Assembly: GCF_000253055.1 (NCBI RefSeq)
Contig: NC_016070.1
Location: forward strand, 1,770,001-1,802,000
Source of the DNA: Thermoproteus tenax Kra 1
GTDB taxonomy: Archaea; Thermoproteota; Thermoprotei; Thermoproteales; Thermoproteaceae
Length of the DNA: 32,000 nucleotides
Direction of reading: 5' to 3'
The translations under genes and the position numbers were made by a program. The notes beneath the pieces are model-generated. The model searched no databases. It saw only the letters and a list, made by a program, of their open reading frames with translations, and had not been told where the DNA came from. Of this stretch, positions 7,531 through 17,234 are shown in pieces; the first letter of the stretch is position 1, and every line of letters starts with the position of its first letter.

Positions 7531-8048
7531 AGTTCCCTAGTCTGGTCGTACGCTATTTTAACTAGTTGCGCGTTTAGCTCGTAGAGCCTGCCGCCGAAAT
7601 ATTTCCCCAAAGCTGCCAAGGCCGATTCCAAGGCCACGATGCTCGTCGCCTTTACTACTGCGCCTATCATAGCCGTATTGACTATGGCCCTGCCCAACAC
7701 TTTCATGGCCAGGGAGGTGGCATCCACGTAGTAGGTTCTGACAGACGCCTTGTAGACGCCGTTGACCACCAAGATGCCGCCCTCCTTGAGCCCCTCGAGG
7801 GGGTTTTCCGAGGAGAATAGAGATGGATCGGCGACGACGACCACGTCAGGTCTTATTACGGGCTCGCGCTTGCTTATCGGCCTATCGTCGATTCTCAGAT
7901 ACGCCTTGACGGGCGCGCCTCTGCGCTCGGGGCCAAACTCCGGGAACGCTTGCGCGTATTTGCCCTCCATCACGGCGGCTGTCGCCAGGACTTGCGACGC
8001 GGTCACCATGCCTTGTCCGCCCCTTCCGTGGAACCTTATCTCGATCAC
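7527..8048 (-). CDS. porC: Pyruvate synthase gamma subunit
   Basis: MIEIRFHGRGGQGMVTASQVLATAAVMEGKYAQAFPEFGPERRGAPVKAYLRI. TATA-like AAATATATATTTTA just upstream; start of the por operon. Confidence 0.95.
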   Translation of the reverse strand: MIEIRFHGRGGQGMVTASQVLATAAVMEGKYAQAFPEFGPERRGAPVKAYLRIDDRPISKREPVIRPDVVVVADPSLFSSENPLEGLKEGGILVVNGVYKASVRTYYVDATSLAMKVLGRAIVNTAMIGAVVKATSIVALESALAALGKYFGGRLYELNAQLVKIAYDQTREL

Positions 8049-8177
8049 AGCACCTCAACCTCGGTAAAATATATATTTATCTATCCTTTACAAATACAGA
8101 ATATAAGAAAATACATTTCGTTATTAGGCTATATACGAAGGTACTTCGTTCTCACAATCCCTCGAGCGGAGAGCCGC

Positions 8178-10055
8178 CTAAGCCGAGACAATACCTAGGT
8201 ATTTATCGAGCGAGTTTTTGTAGCGACGCCACCACTCTATATATTCTTCATACCTATCGAACTTCCAATCCTTTGCACCCAACTCTCTAGCCATAGTCGA
8301 GACTACGTCCATAGCCCTCCTGCTCTCCCAAGGCCTTGGATCTGCGCCGGCCTTTATCGAATACTCTGCGAATCTTTTATAGAGGTCTCTGTCGAGCCTT
8401 CTTCCTATCAGCTCGTAGAGCTCGCCCAATATGGGCTCCGCCCACCCTCTGTGGAATCTACATATGCCCGAGTCCTCGATCAACGCCTCGATCACAGCGC
8501 GATCATACGCAGTTTTGGCGAACTCCTCAGGCGACATGAACGTCGGATTGTAGTTGGTCCAATATTTTCCTTGGACATACATGGGCGCGACCATGCCGGG
8601 AGCCCAGTAGAAGTTCGGAGTCATATAGCCCTCCTCGCCGTAGACTACATAGACTGCGAGGTCTCTAAACCGAACACCCCTTTCGGCCACTCTCTTGGAG
8701 AATTTCTCTTCCAACAAGCGTGCGGCCGCCCTTAGACCGCTCCTGGCCACAATCCCCAATACCTCGGTGGATCTCTCGACGAACCCGGCGACTACCTCGG
8801 CCGCCAACTTCGCGTTGGTTCTGGAGTCTGTCTCTGGATTAAACTTGGATGGGTCAAAGACGGGCCTCCTGCTTATACCAACTTCCTCGGGCTCGAGAAG
8901 TCCCTGCTCAACTGCGTCGAAGATCCATGCCACGACATGGCCCATTTCTATTGCGTCGAGGCCTTGTTCGTCCACCAGCTCCACTAGGGGCACGGCCTCC
9001 TCAAACACGTAGTTGCCTATGAAGGGGCCCATGGCGTGGAAGGGCTCATAGTCCACCTTCTTGCCGCGCCAGACCTTCTTACACAACACTGGACACGGCT
9101 CGCCGCAGTTGTACCAACTCCTGGCCTTCTCAAAGACTAGCTCGTTGAACGGTCTCCAGAACAATCTCAATAAGGCATCGACATGGCGTATCCTCTCCTC
9201 TCTGTCTAAGTAAATGGATTTGTAGCCGAAGAGCGGCACCAAGTCTCTATAGTGCACGTAGTTGACGCCGAATGTTCCTCCTGTCCCTATCGTTGGATCA
9301 TACCTATACTTGACCGTCTTCTCTTGAAGGGCCTCGAGATAGCCCTTCTTCAGCTTGATCTTGACTATCTCGTCTATCTTGTGTATGTCTGCTATAGCTT
9401 GATGCCTGGCCCTCGCCTTTCCGCCCGCTATTATCGCAGCTAAATTGTGTCCCTGGGCGGCCACAGTGCCCGGCCCGCCTCTGGCGGCGAAGTCCTCGGC
9501 GCCTTTAGAGAGCTCGCCCCCAGGAGATATGTCTATAGATGCTAACGCCCCGTTGTAGGTCGTCCAAGAGGCGGGGCCCACCACTATAGATCGCGCGTTG
9601 TTTGCTGCGAAGAAGTCTCTGTATTTGTCGAAGAGGAACTTAGTGAAGGCGTACACGCCCCTCAGTCCCTGGTACTCGTATCTGAGCTCAGCCCTCTCTA
9701 TCCTCACTCCCTCTGGGGAGGCCAACACGACAACGGGCCACGGGGCCCTCCCTAGGAATACAAAGGCATCTATGCCGGCGCCCATCATCTTGTATGCCGC
9801 TCCCCCCAAGGCGCTCGCCTGAAGCGTCTTACTCATAGGGCTTTTGAACACAGCGATGATTCTGTGGGCTCCAATGAGGCGCCCGCCCACGAAGTTGCCC
9901 ATGCCGATCACCAGAGGTGAAAGGGGCGAGAGAGGATCCGTTCTCCACGTTTCTCTCTCCTCGTGTATCTGGACTCCTAAGCTGACGGGGCCTTGGGCGT
10001 CCCTCTCGGCGATATTCACAGAGAGCTTCTCGAGATCTATAAAGGCGACGCGCAT
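8178..10055 (-). CDS. gor: Aldehyde ferredoxin oxidoreductase family tungstoenzyme, probably glyceraldehyde-3-phosphate:ferredoxin oxidoreductase (GAPOR)
   Basis: 625 aa. VIGMGNFVGGRLIGAHRIIAVFKSPMSKTLQASALGGAAYKMMGAGIDAFVFLG follows the GAPOR rather than the canonical AOR N-terminal pattern. Confidence 0.8.
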   Translation of the reverse strand: MRVAFIDLEKLSVNIAERDAQGPVSLGVQIHEERETWRTDPLSPLSPLVIGMGNFVGGRLIGAHRIIAVFKSPMSKTLQASALGGAAYKMMGAGIDAFVFLGRAPWPVVVLASPEGVRIERAELRYEYQGLRGVYAFTKFLFDKYRDFFAANNARSIVVGPASWTTYNGALASIDISPGGELSKGAEDFAARGGPGTVAAQGHNLAAIIAGGKARARHQAIADIHKIDEIVKIKLKKGYLEALQEKTVKYRYDPTIGTGGTFGVNYVHYRDLVPLFGYKSIYLDREERIRHVDALLRLFWRPFNELVFEKARSWYNCGEPCPVLCKKVWRGKKVDYEPFHAMGPFIGNYVFEEAVPLVELVDEQGLDAIEMGHVVAWIFDAVEQGLLEPEEVGISRRPVFDPSKFNPETDSRTNAKLAAEVVAGFVERSTEVLGIVARSGLRAAARLLEEKFSKRVAERGVRFRDLAVYVVYGEEGYMTPNFYWAPGMVAPMYVQGKYWTNYNPTFMSPEEFAKTAYDRAVIEALIEDSGICRFHRGWAEPILGELYELIGRRLDRDLYKRFAEYSIKAGADPRPWESRRAMDVVSTMARELGAKDWKFDRYEEYIEWWRRYKNSLDKYLGIVSA

Positions 10056-10140
10056 AGGTATACACTGATTATAGTTTTTATCCTATATGGTGCACTCAAT
10101 AATAATGATAAAACTTAATATATACGACAATTACCAGCCC

Positions 10141-10527
10141 ATGGAGGTTAAGAACATAATGAATGATCGCGTAGTTTTCTGCAGAGGTACCGAGACCATT
10201 AGGTGCGCTGTCTCTAAGATGTATGCATACAATATAGGGTCTGTGCTAGTGGTCGACGACAGAGGCGCCCCTATAGGAATATTCACAGAGAGGGACCTAG
10301 TCAGAGTTATAGCCGAGGGCATCAGCCTGGATACGCCTCTGGAGAAATTGGCTGAAAAGGAGCTTATCAAAGTGTATCCGAACGACTCTATATACATAGC
10401 GGCTCAGAAGATGATAGAGCACGGGATCCGCCACATACCTGTAGTGGATGCAGGCAGAGTAGTGGGCATATTAAGCATAAGAGACGCGCTCAGATATTTA
10501 ATATCTCTGGAGGGCGCATACCCATAG
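10141..10527 (+). CDS. CBS-domain pair protein
   Basis: Two CBS repeats (MNDRVVFCRGTETIRCAVSKM...GIFTERDLVRVI; KELIKVYPNDSIYIAAQKMIEHGIRHIPVVDAGRVVGILSIRDALRYL). Start moved from 10087 to ATG 10141 because TATA-like CTTAATATATAC lies at 10114-10125. Confidence 0.88.
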   Translation: MEVKNIMNDRVVFCRGTETIRCAVSKMYAYNIGSVLVVDDRGAPIGIFTERDLVRVIAEGISLDTPLEKLAEKELIKVYPNDSIYIAAQKMIEHGIRHIPVVDAGRVVGILSIRDALRYLISLEGAYP

Positions 10528-10555
10528 TTTTTTACCCCGGGTCTCACTGGGGCGC

Positions 10556-11236
10556 ATGAAGCACTTACTAGCGCGTAAAGCAGCGGAGTATATAAGGGAG
10601 GGGAGCATAGTCGGCTTGGGCTCTGGCTCCACGGCTAAGGCGTTTATAGAGGAGCTGGCGAAGAGAGTGCGCGAGGATGGCCTCACCGTGACTCTCGTGT
10701 CCACGAGCGTAGACAGCGAGTTAAAGGCCGCAGAGGTCGGGTTGGATAAATATCTTGCCCCACTATGGGCCGTCGATAGGATCGATATAGCCGTCGACGG
10801 CGCGGATGAGCTGACCAGAGATAGGCTCTTCCTCAAGGGGGGTGGCGGCGCTATGTTCCGCGAAAAGGTGGTGGACTATAGAGCATCCACGTTGATAATA
10901 ATAGCGGAGTCGCACAAGCTTGTGGACAGGATACCGGCGCGACATCCAATCCCTATTGAGGTGCTTCCGGCGGCTTGGAGACTTGTGGCAGACGATATTG
11001 TGAAGAGGTGGGGAGGGAAGGCTGTGCTGAGGGTGTGCCAGTGCGGGGGAAAGCTGGGCCCCCTCGTGACAGACAACGGGAACTATATACTCGATTGGGC
11101 CCCTCCTGGCCCCATCGATCCCGCTCTGGAGGACGAACTTAGGGGGATACCTGGCGTCATAGAGAGCGGTATATTCTCAAAGAGACGCGACGCGGTAGTG
11201 TTGTTGGCCGATGAGCGGGGAGTCTTCGAGCTATAG
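10556..11236 (+). CDS. rpiA: Ribose-5-phosphate isomerase A
   Basis: VGLGSGSTAKAFIEELAKR, DGADELTRDRLFLKGGGGAMFREKVVDY, VEVLPAAWR. Confidence 0.95.
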   Translation: MKHLLARKAAEYIREGSIVGLGSGSTAKAFIEELAKRVREDGLTVTLVSTSVDSELKAAEVGLDKYLAPLWAVDRIDIAVDGADELTRDRLFLKGGGGAMFREKVVDYRASTLIIIAESHKLVDRIPARHPIPIEVLPAAWRLVADDIVKRWGGKAVLRVCQCGGKLGPLVTDNGNYILDWAPPGPIDPALEDELRGIPGVIESGIFSKRRDAVVLLADERGVFEL

Positions 11237-12271
11237 GAACACGAGCTCGGCGCGCGCGAGCAAGATATTATTTTCGTCCTCTATGATCCTCGCCAACACC
11301 TCCACGCCGGGCTCTAGACTGCGCTCCGAGAGCAACGTAATAGCTCTGTCCAGCAGAGGGTCGCCGGATGTGTTGACAGGTACGCCTAAATACTCGCCTC
11401 TGAAGATACCTCTCCCGATCACTCTCACCTTGACTCTCCTCCCGGCCGCCAACGGCTTAGGTAGCGGCGCTCTTTCCTCGATTCCGAAGGGATTTTCGCC
11501 GCGCCAGTCGAGCTTGACGCCCGTCTGCCGCTCCCACTCTCTCAGCTTGCGCCAGAAGTGCCCCCAGCCGACGGGCTTGACCCCCCTCGGGCTACGCCCC
11601 CTCTTGTGAGGTATATACTTCTGTATTAAAACGGGGGGCCACCTCTTGCCGAGACCCGCGGAGGATGCCCATTTAATGATCTCGGGGATCTCGTCGTCGT
11701 TTAGCCCAGGTACCCAGACGGGCGATACGATGACGTCCATCCTCGTGTTGGCCAAGGCATATTCGGCCAGAGACCTGGCTCTCTCTGCGCTGTAGTAGTC
11801 AACGCCGGCCAACTTCCTGGCGACCTCCGAATTCATTGCGTCGAGACTTAAGTTGACTCGGCTGAGCCCTGCCTCGGCCAACTCCTCCAGCGTTCTCTCC
11901 CTCAAGGTGAATAGTCTGCTCTGCATCGATATTGTCTTGACGCCCGGAATCGCGCTAATATCTTGTACTAGGTCCACAAGCTCTGGGTAGACGGCGGGTT
12001 CCCCCATGCCGTCTATATGGACCTCAACGCCCCCTCCCTTGAACTTGACAACTCTGCTCAAGCTCTCGATCAACGCCTCCCTCTTGACCACGAACTCGGC
12101 CCACCTTCTGCCCTCGTATGGGCCAGCGGCCACGGAGCAGAAGGCGCAGTTGAGGGGGCAGAGGCTGGTAGGCCTCACTTCCACTATGTTTGTTCCTTGA
12201 TCTACTATTCCGTAGTAGCGCGTCCCGATCTGCGGAAGGTCTTCGATAAAGTACACCTCCCTCTTTCCCAC
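11231..12271 (-). CDS. Radical SAM domain protein
   Basis: CPLNCAFCSVAAG CxxxCxxC-type cluster motif, IDGMGEPAVYPELVDLV, and a C-terminal TRAM/OB-like region. Confidence 0.85.
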   Translation of the reverse strand: MGKREVYFIEDLPQIGTRYYGIVDQGTNIVEVRPTSLCPLNCAFCSVAAGPYEGRRWAEFVVKREALIESLSRVVKFKGGGVEVHIDGMGEPAVYPELVDLVQDISAIPGVKTISMQSRLFTLRERTLEELAEAGLSRVNLSLDAMNSEVARKLAGVDYYSAERARSLAEYALANTRMDVIVSPVWVPGLNDDEIPEIIKWASSAGLGKRWPPVLIQKYIPHKRGRSPRGVKPVGWGHFWRKLREWERQTGVKLDWRGENPFGIEERAPLPKPLAAGRRVKVRVIGRGIFRGEYLGVPVNTSGDPLLDRAITLLSERSLEPGVEVLARIIEDENNILLARAELVFL

Positions 12272-12349
12272 AATGGGACCGAACTATTGATTTATTCTTG
12301 CCGTCTGCGCTTAGGTGGACAAGCCGCCTACGCGGACCTCTGCGCTTTA

Positions 12350-13081
12350 CTATTTCTTTATATCAATAGGCAAAAATACATATATATAACTATAATTACT
12401 ATTAAAATAATAATTAATATAAATTAATGTGTAAAATGTTCTGTTTAGATAGAAATGGAGACAATGTAGCCTTTCATCTTGTCTGATATCGAGAGGGCCG
12501 CTGAGGTATCCAGCGAAGACTCCTCCATAGTTGTACAGAGTTCCTGACACGTAGCCCGTCAATGTGAAGCCCGGAGGGACTCGCGATGCCAGCGCCGTTT
12601 CTAAGTCCTCAAGTCTATATATAGTTATATCTAATCTCTCGAGCCTATTTACAGCATTGATCAATGTGAGGGGCTTGGCCGAGTCCACTACGCCGTTGAG
12701 GGAGAAGTTCAGAAATGAAACAGCGTAGCGGAAGTCATCGCCAAGGATATATGACGTCCAACTCAGCCTCCTCAGAGACGGCTGACGCTTTAATTTGGCC
12801 ATAAGTTCACTGAAGGTCGTGACAGACTGATAGTACACATGCGGATCCATTTCGTCAACAGCCCTTGTAGCGTAGATTTCGACGAGACATGTAGTGGCGT
12901 TGGGCAACTGCTGTCTTATCTCTTGCCACGCATCCAACGCGGTTGCGGCGGGCAGATATGCCTGGACGGCCTTGTTGTATACGTTGTAGAGGGCGTAGAG
13001 CAAGACAAGGACAGTTAACGCAACGGCGAGAATTACGGTGGCAATAAGGTAGTAGATGAGTCCTCTCCGACTCCGTTGCAT
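12350..13081 (-). CDS. Hypothetical protein with N-terminal transmembrane anchor
   Basis: RRGLIYYLIATVILAVALTVLVLLYALYNVY. The rest has no recognised motif. The C-terminal ~30 codons are unusually AT-rich. Confidence 0.6.
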   Translation of the reverse strand: MQRSRRGLIYYLIATVILAVALTVLVLLYALYNVYNKAVQAYLPAATALDAWQEIRQQLPNATTCLVEIYATRAVDEMDPHVYYQSVTTFSELMAKLKRQPSLRRLSWTSYILGDDFRYAVSFLNFSLNGVVDSAKPLTLINAVNRLERLDITIYRLEDLETALASRVPPGFTLTGYVSGTLYNYGGVFAGYLSGPLDIRQDERLHCLHFYLNRTFYTLIYINYYFNSNYSYIYVFLPIDIKK

Positions 13082-13134
13082 ATACTTTATACTATCAATA
13101 TAATCGCTACTGGCCTAAGAGACCAGATGGGCCT

Positions 13135-13989
13135 TTAACGGAAGTAGGACCAACCTCTATACTTCAGAGGCTTGCCTTTATAGATGACAGAGCCGGATCC
13201 CTCCACAACCCTCGCGAAGGCGACGTATCCCTCTGGCACACACCTAGGATCTACGGCGAAGACGGGCAGATATTCCTCGCCTGCGTTAAACACGACTTCC
13301 TCGGGCTCAAACCCTAGCCTGAGCGCCTCTGAGATAACCTCCTGAGGCGCCGGAAGTCTCTCGACTACTATATCGACGCCTTTAGCCATCGTCAGAAGGA
13401 CGTCGGCCAAACCGTCCGAGGAGTCCATCGACGCCGAGATACACTCTGGAGGAGGGGGAGGGGGCCAGTCCAACGAGGGCCTTTTAAGCCAGCGGATTCC
13501 CTTCGCCACAATGGGCGACTCGCCGTCGTGTTCAAACGCCGCGAAGGCAAGGCCCGTGTAGCCAAATAACGGAGGCGTTATGAGGACGTGGCCCGCTCTG
13601 GGCCTCCGCCCTATTTTGACCGCCGTTGTGCCAACTGCCATGATGTCCACTACGACTTCAACGCCTTGGTTGAGGTCGCCTCCGAGATATCTGACCCCAA
13701 AGTGAGTCGCGGCCTCCAAGATCCCTCTGAATACTTCGAGGGCTTTGTGTGGCTCGGGAGCCGTTATGGAGCTAAGCACTGCTTTGGTGTGAGCCAATTT
13801 GACCTTCATATCGCTCAGAGCCGCCGCGACCGCCCTCCAGCCCATATCGGCGTATGTGTGAAACGGCATCTTGGCGTAGCTCTCTGCGAATCCATCAACT
13901 TTCAGAGCCAGCCCATCGATATAGGATACGTCGTTTTCCTCCTCCCCTAGCTCGCGTAGAAAGGTCCTCAAAAGGGATTTTTCGTCCAC
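13135..13989 (-). CDS. thiL: ThiL-like/AIR synthase-fold kinase (possible thiamine-monophosphate kinase)
   Basis: KMPFHTYADMGWRAVAAALSDMKV, FGVRYLGGDLNQG, SASMDSSDGLADVLLTMAKG. Confidence 0.7.
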   Translation of the reverse strand: MDEKSLLRTFLRELGEEENDVSYIDGLALKVDGFAESYAKMPFHTYADMGWRAVAAALSDMKVKLAHTKAVLSSITAPEPHKALEVFRGILEAATHFGVRYLGGDLNQGVEVVVDIMAVGTTAVKIGRRPRAGHVLITPPLFGYTGLAFAAFEHDGESPIVAKGIRWLKRPSLDWPPPPPPECISASMDSSDGLADVLLTMAKGVDIVVERLPAPQEVISEALRLGFEPEEVVFNAGEEYLPVFAVDPRCVPEGYVAFARVVEGSGSVIYKGKPLKYRGWSYFR

Positions 13990-14322
13990 TTATTCAACTG
14001 CGCTATAAATTAAATCTGCAGCTGCGTCGACGTCCGATCTCTTGAGCAGATCCCAGAGAGGCGATCTGTCTCGGCAAACGATGTACCGGACCTTGGACCT
14101 CGTGTCGTCCTTGAGTGCCAGGCCCTTTGTCGCGAGTCCCTCCAGGACATGTTTAACGAGCGTCAGCGCGATCGGCGCCGTAGTGTCTATGCCTGCGAAC
14201 TCCAAGACTCTACGCGGGGTAAACGATACACAGTTGCCCTTAGCCTCAGAGACTATTTTATACAAGCCCATGGCGATAGTCCTGGTGACGCTCTTGAAGT
14301 CAGTGAGATTAAAGGCCTTCAT
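13990..14322 (-). CDS. Conserved small protein, possibly winged-helix
   Basis: 110 aa. Translationally coupled to the ThiL-like gene (adjacent stop/start). TATA-like CTTATTTTTAA about 25 nt upstream. Confidence 0.65.
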   Translation of the reverse strand: MKAFNLTDFKSVTRTIAMGLYKIVSEAKGNCVSFTPRRVLEFAGIDTTAPIALTLVKHVLEGLATKGLALKDDTRSKVRYIVCRDRSPLWDLLKRSDVDAAADLIYSAVE

Positions 14323-14439
14323 GGATAGGGAAACCCGCGTTAAAAATAAGGTCCTTAGTTATGTGAAGATACCTCATCCTTGGGTTTCTCCTGTATCACA
14401 GGACGAATGGGACATTCTGAGACTAACCCTTATATACGC

Positions 14440-15189
14440 TTAGAGGAAGAGCGCGGATAGGATAAAGGCGAGCCCCAAGGCTGACTCAACTATTAGGTTT
14501 ACTGCCTCGTTTGTCAAATAGCCATAGGAAACATAATCGGAGCATCTCGGCTCATCGTATACCACACCTCTACATATATACTTTTTCTGAGCGACGGCGC
14601 CTATTATGCTGTCGAGTACATCGCCCAAGAACCCAAAACAGCCAATGACCCAGGGATTGAGCCCAAGGATCACATAGGACAGTATCGCTACAGAGGCTGC
14701 CCCGAGCAGACCGCCGAGGGTGCCCGCCAAGGTCACTCCGCCGGAGGTGCCGGGCTCCACCTCTACCCAAGGTTTCGTTATCAAACGCGGCCTTCCGCCG
14801 TAGGCTACGCCTATTTCGCTGGCCCAAGTATCGGCCGTGGCGACCGCTATTGATATTGCTGTGGCCGACAAAGCGACGTGGACGCCCGCAATATAGAGTA
14901 GGGCGAACAAGGCCATCGGCGTGCCAACTCCTACCACTTGGGTTATCGAGCGGCCTGCCACATCTTTTAGGCCGTGTTGAGCCTTCCAAGAGGCCCTCAG
15001 CCTAGTCAAAAGGCTCGACGAGATGAAGAAGAAGAGGAAGATGAGAAAGATGCCTGGTCCCGCCGCGGCGAGAGCCCAAGCAATCAACGTGCCGGCGACG
15101 GCGCCGCGCACATTGATGAAGCCTGCCTTATGGGCGAGGAATGCGAATATCGGGACGATGAGAAGCGCAACTGTCAGCAATAGATCCAT
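14440..15189 (-). CDS. DUF92/TMEM19-family integral membrane protein
   Basis: Start trimmed from 15381 to ATG 15189 (MDLLLTVALLIVPIFAFLAHKAGFINVRGAVAG). SSSLLTRLR, ATADTWASEIGVAYGGRPRLIT and GTSGGVTLAGTLGGLLGA are typical DUF92 motifs. TATA-like run upstream. Confidence 0.85.
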   Translation of the reverse strand: MDLLLTVALLIVPIFAFLAHKAGFINVRGAVAGTLIAWALAAAGPGIFLIFLFFFISSSLLTRLRASWKAQHGLKDVAGRSITQVVGVGTPMALFALLYIAGVHVALSATAISIAVATADTWASEIGVAYGGRPRLITKPWVEVEPGTSGGVTLAGTLGGLLGAASVAILSYVILGLNPWVIGCFGFLGDVLDSIIGAVAQKKYICRGVVYDEPRCSDYVSYGYLTNEAVNLIVESALGLAFILSALFL

Positions 15190-15329
15190 GAGGCGGGTTG
15201 GCCCGGCTTTTTTATTCGTTGTCCCCTTTGCGGCGCCCGACACATATCGAGCGACCTGGACGGCCTCGACCTGCCAGATGGACAGCCGGTGAGGTCGAAA
15301 AATTATAAAGGCCGTGAATACTATCGCTT

Positions 15330-15941
15330 GTGTCAAAGCGTGGGCGTCCGAGGCGAAACAGAAGGATCTTCGTAGTGGCACTAATAGCTATAATCTTCGC
15401 CGAAATAGGCTGGATACTGGGGACCTCCGGCTTTAGGCTTCCCATAGGAGGCGGCGGGACGCAGAGGCTCGCCATATCGCCTTTGCTCTCCAACGCGCAG
15501 CTCTGGGTTCTGACCCCCAACGGCTATGCGCCGGGCGGCCAACCGCCTGTTTATAACAACGCGATAGTCTACGTAGCAATGGAGGGCGTCTCCCTGCCCC
15601 AGAGCCTTCTAAATACAACCGAGCCCGTGTACATTCTGATGCTAGACCCCTTGTTCGGCCCCTATGCGTTTAGCGCTGCAAACTACGTCTACGCGCAACT
15701 GTTCGGCGGCAACTACACACTGGCATCAAGGTATCAGAACAAGGTCATTTTGATAATGCCAGGCGAGCAACAACAACAAGGTCAAGCGGTCTTCAACTGG
15801 GTGGTTGCCGCGATGGGTCAAGGCGGCGTTACCCTCGCGCCGACAAACAATCTTAATCGGTTGATAGATGAACTGTACTCACACATGCCGGTGGTGGCCG
15901 TTGTTGAGAACGGGACCGTCGTCTCAGTCACCGTGGGATAA
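15330..15941 (+). CDS. Membrane-anchored/exported hypothetical protein
   Basis: RRIFVVALIAIIFAEIGWILGTS N-terminal TM; GTG start; TATA-like AATTATAAAG about 25 nt upstream. Confidence 0.7.
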   Translation: MSKRGRPRRNRRIFVVALIAIIFAEIGWILGTSGFRLPIGGGGTQRLAISPLLSNAQLWVLTPNGYAPGGQPPVYNNAIVYVAMEGVSLPQSLLNTTEPVYILMLDPLFGPYAFSAANYVYAQLFGGNYTLASRYQNKVILIMPGEQQQQGQAVFNWVVAAMGQGGVTLAPTNNLNRLIDELYSHMPVVAVVENGTVVSVTVG

Positions 15942-15968
15942 TTTTTTAGAAGGCCATCGATCTCCCGC

Positions 15969-17234
15969 GTGGAGAACTACAAGCGAGTGCGGCTCTATCT
16001 ATCAACGGGTGAGTCGTTGGAGGGAGTCTTGCTTCCCCCTACTGCGTACACAGATCCCAACGTTTACATCGTAAAGCTCAAGAATGGATACAACGTCGGC
16101 ATAGCGAAGGATAAGGTAGCTAAGCTGGAAGAGCTAGGCGAGATGGCGGGGACGTTGCCGGCTCAAGCAGGCGTTAGAGAGGTGGACACCGGGAGACCGT
16201 GGGTCGCCATAGTGGCCACTGGCGGGACGATACTCTCTAGAGTCGAGTACTCGACCGGCGCTGTATATCCCACGACAGATCCATCGTTGCTCTTCGAGTT
16301 GGCGCCAGGCTTATCCGAGCTGGCCTCGATCAGAATCGACCCGTTCATGGCCAAGTTCAGCGAGGACATGACGCCGGCCGACTGGTCCGCCATAGCCGGC
16401 AAGATAGCTGAACACTTCTCGAGGGGGGCAGTAGGCGTAGTGGTCATGCACGGGACAGACACCATGCACTACAGCTCTGCGGCTATGGCCTTCGCGTTCA
16501 AGGAGACCCCCGGCCCCATAATCTTCGTCGGATCTCAGAGGTCCAGCGACAGGCCGTCGAGCGACGCCTTCCAGAACCTCTTGGCGGCAGTAGTAGCCGC
16601 CGTATCTGCGCCGTTCGGCGAGTCTGCGATAGCTATGCATGCGTCAACGAACGACGGCACTGTCTATATACACAGAGGGACGCGCGTACGAAAGATGCAT
16701 ACGTCGAGGCGGGACACGTTCAGAAGCATCGGCATAACGCCGTTGGCTGAGGTGGACGTCGAGAGTAAATCCCTCAAGGTTCTACGAGAGGACTATAAGA
16801 GGAGGGGGACTCTGAGTTATACGGACAAGTTCAGCGACAGGGCCGCTCTCGTCAAGTTCTACCCTGGCATGGACCCGCGCGTTATAGACGCGTTAGTAGA
16901 CATAGGCTATCAAGGCATAGTGGTCGAAGGCACTGGATTTGGACACGTGGCTGAGCGGCTGTTACCTGCGCTGAAGAGGGCGATAGACAACGGCGTTGTG
17001 GTCGCGATGACTAGCCAGACTATATACGGCCGCGTCAACTTATACGTCTATAGGAGAGGGAGAGAGCTTCTATCAATTGGAGTTATCCCGTTGGAGGACA
17101 TGCTGCCCGAGGTGGCCTACGTGAAGATGTCATGGGCGTTGGCCAACTTCAGGCGTGAGGAGGTGCCCTCAGTATTACGTGCGCCCGTCGCAGGCGAGAT
17201 GACGCCAAGAAGCGATCCTCTTGAGTTCCTCTGA
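15969..17234 (+). CDS. gatD: Glutamyl-tRNA(Gln) amidotransferase subunit D
   Basis: L-asparaginase-like VAIVATGGTILSRVEYSTGAVYPTTDP and VVVMHGTDTMHYSSAAMAFAF plus the GatD-specific N-terminal domain. Confidence 0.93.
   Translation: MENYKRVRLYLSTGESLEGVLLPPTAYTDPNVYIVKLKNGYNVGIAKDKVAKLEELGEMAGTLPAQAGVREVDTGRPWVAIVATGGTILSRVEYSTGAVYPTTDPSLLFELAPGLSELASIRIDPFMAKFSEDMTPADWSAIAGKIAEHFSRGAVGVVVMHGTDTMHYSSAAMAFAFKETPGPIIFVGSQRSSDRPSSDAFQNLLAAVVAAVSAPFGESAIAMHASTNDGTVYIHRGTRVRKMHTSRRDTFRSIGITPLAEVDVESKSLKVLREDYKRRGTLSYTDKFSDRAALVKFYPGMDPRVIDALVDIGYQGIVVEGTGFGHVAERLLPALKRAIDNGVVVAMTSQTIYGRVNLYVYRRGRELLSIGVIPLEDMLPEVAYVKMSWALANFRREEVPSVLRAPVAGEMTPRSDPLEFL

Noticed and set aside
10087-10140. Extended CBS-protein start at 10087
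   Set aside because: This segment contains the likely TATA box (10114-10125), and ATG 10141 has the expected leaderless spacing.
14320-14443. Small plus-strand ORF MDRETRVKNKVLSYVKIPHPWVSPVSQDEWDILRLTLIYA
   Set aside because: Somewhat protein-like, but it lies over the promoter of the minus-strand 110-aa gene and overlaps the DUF92 stop. No promoter of its own was seen.
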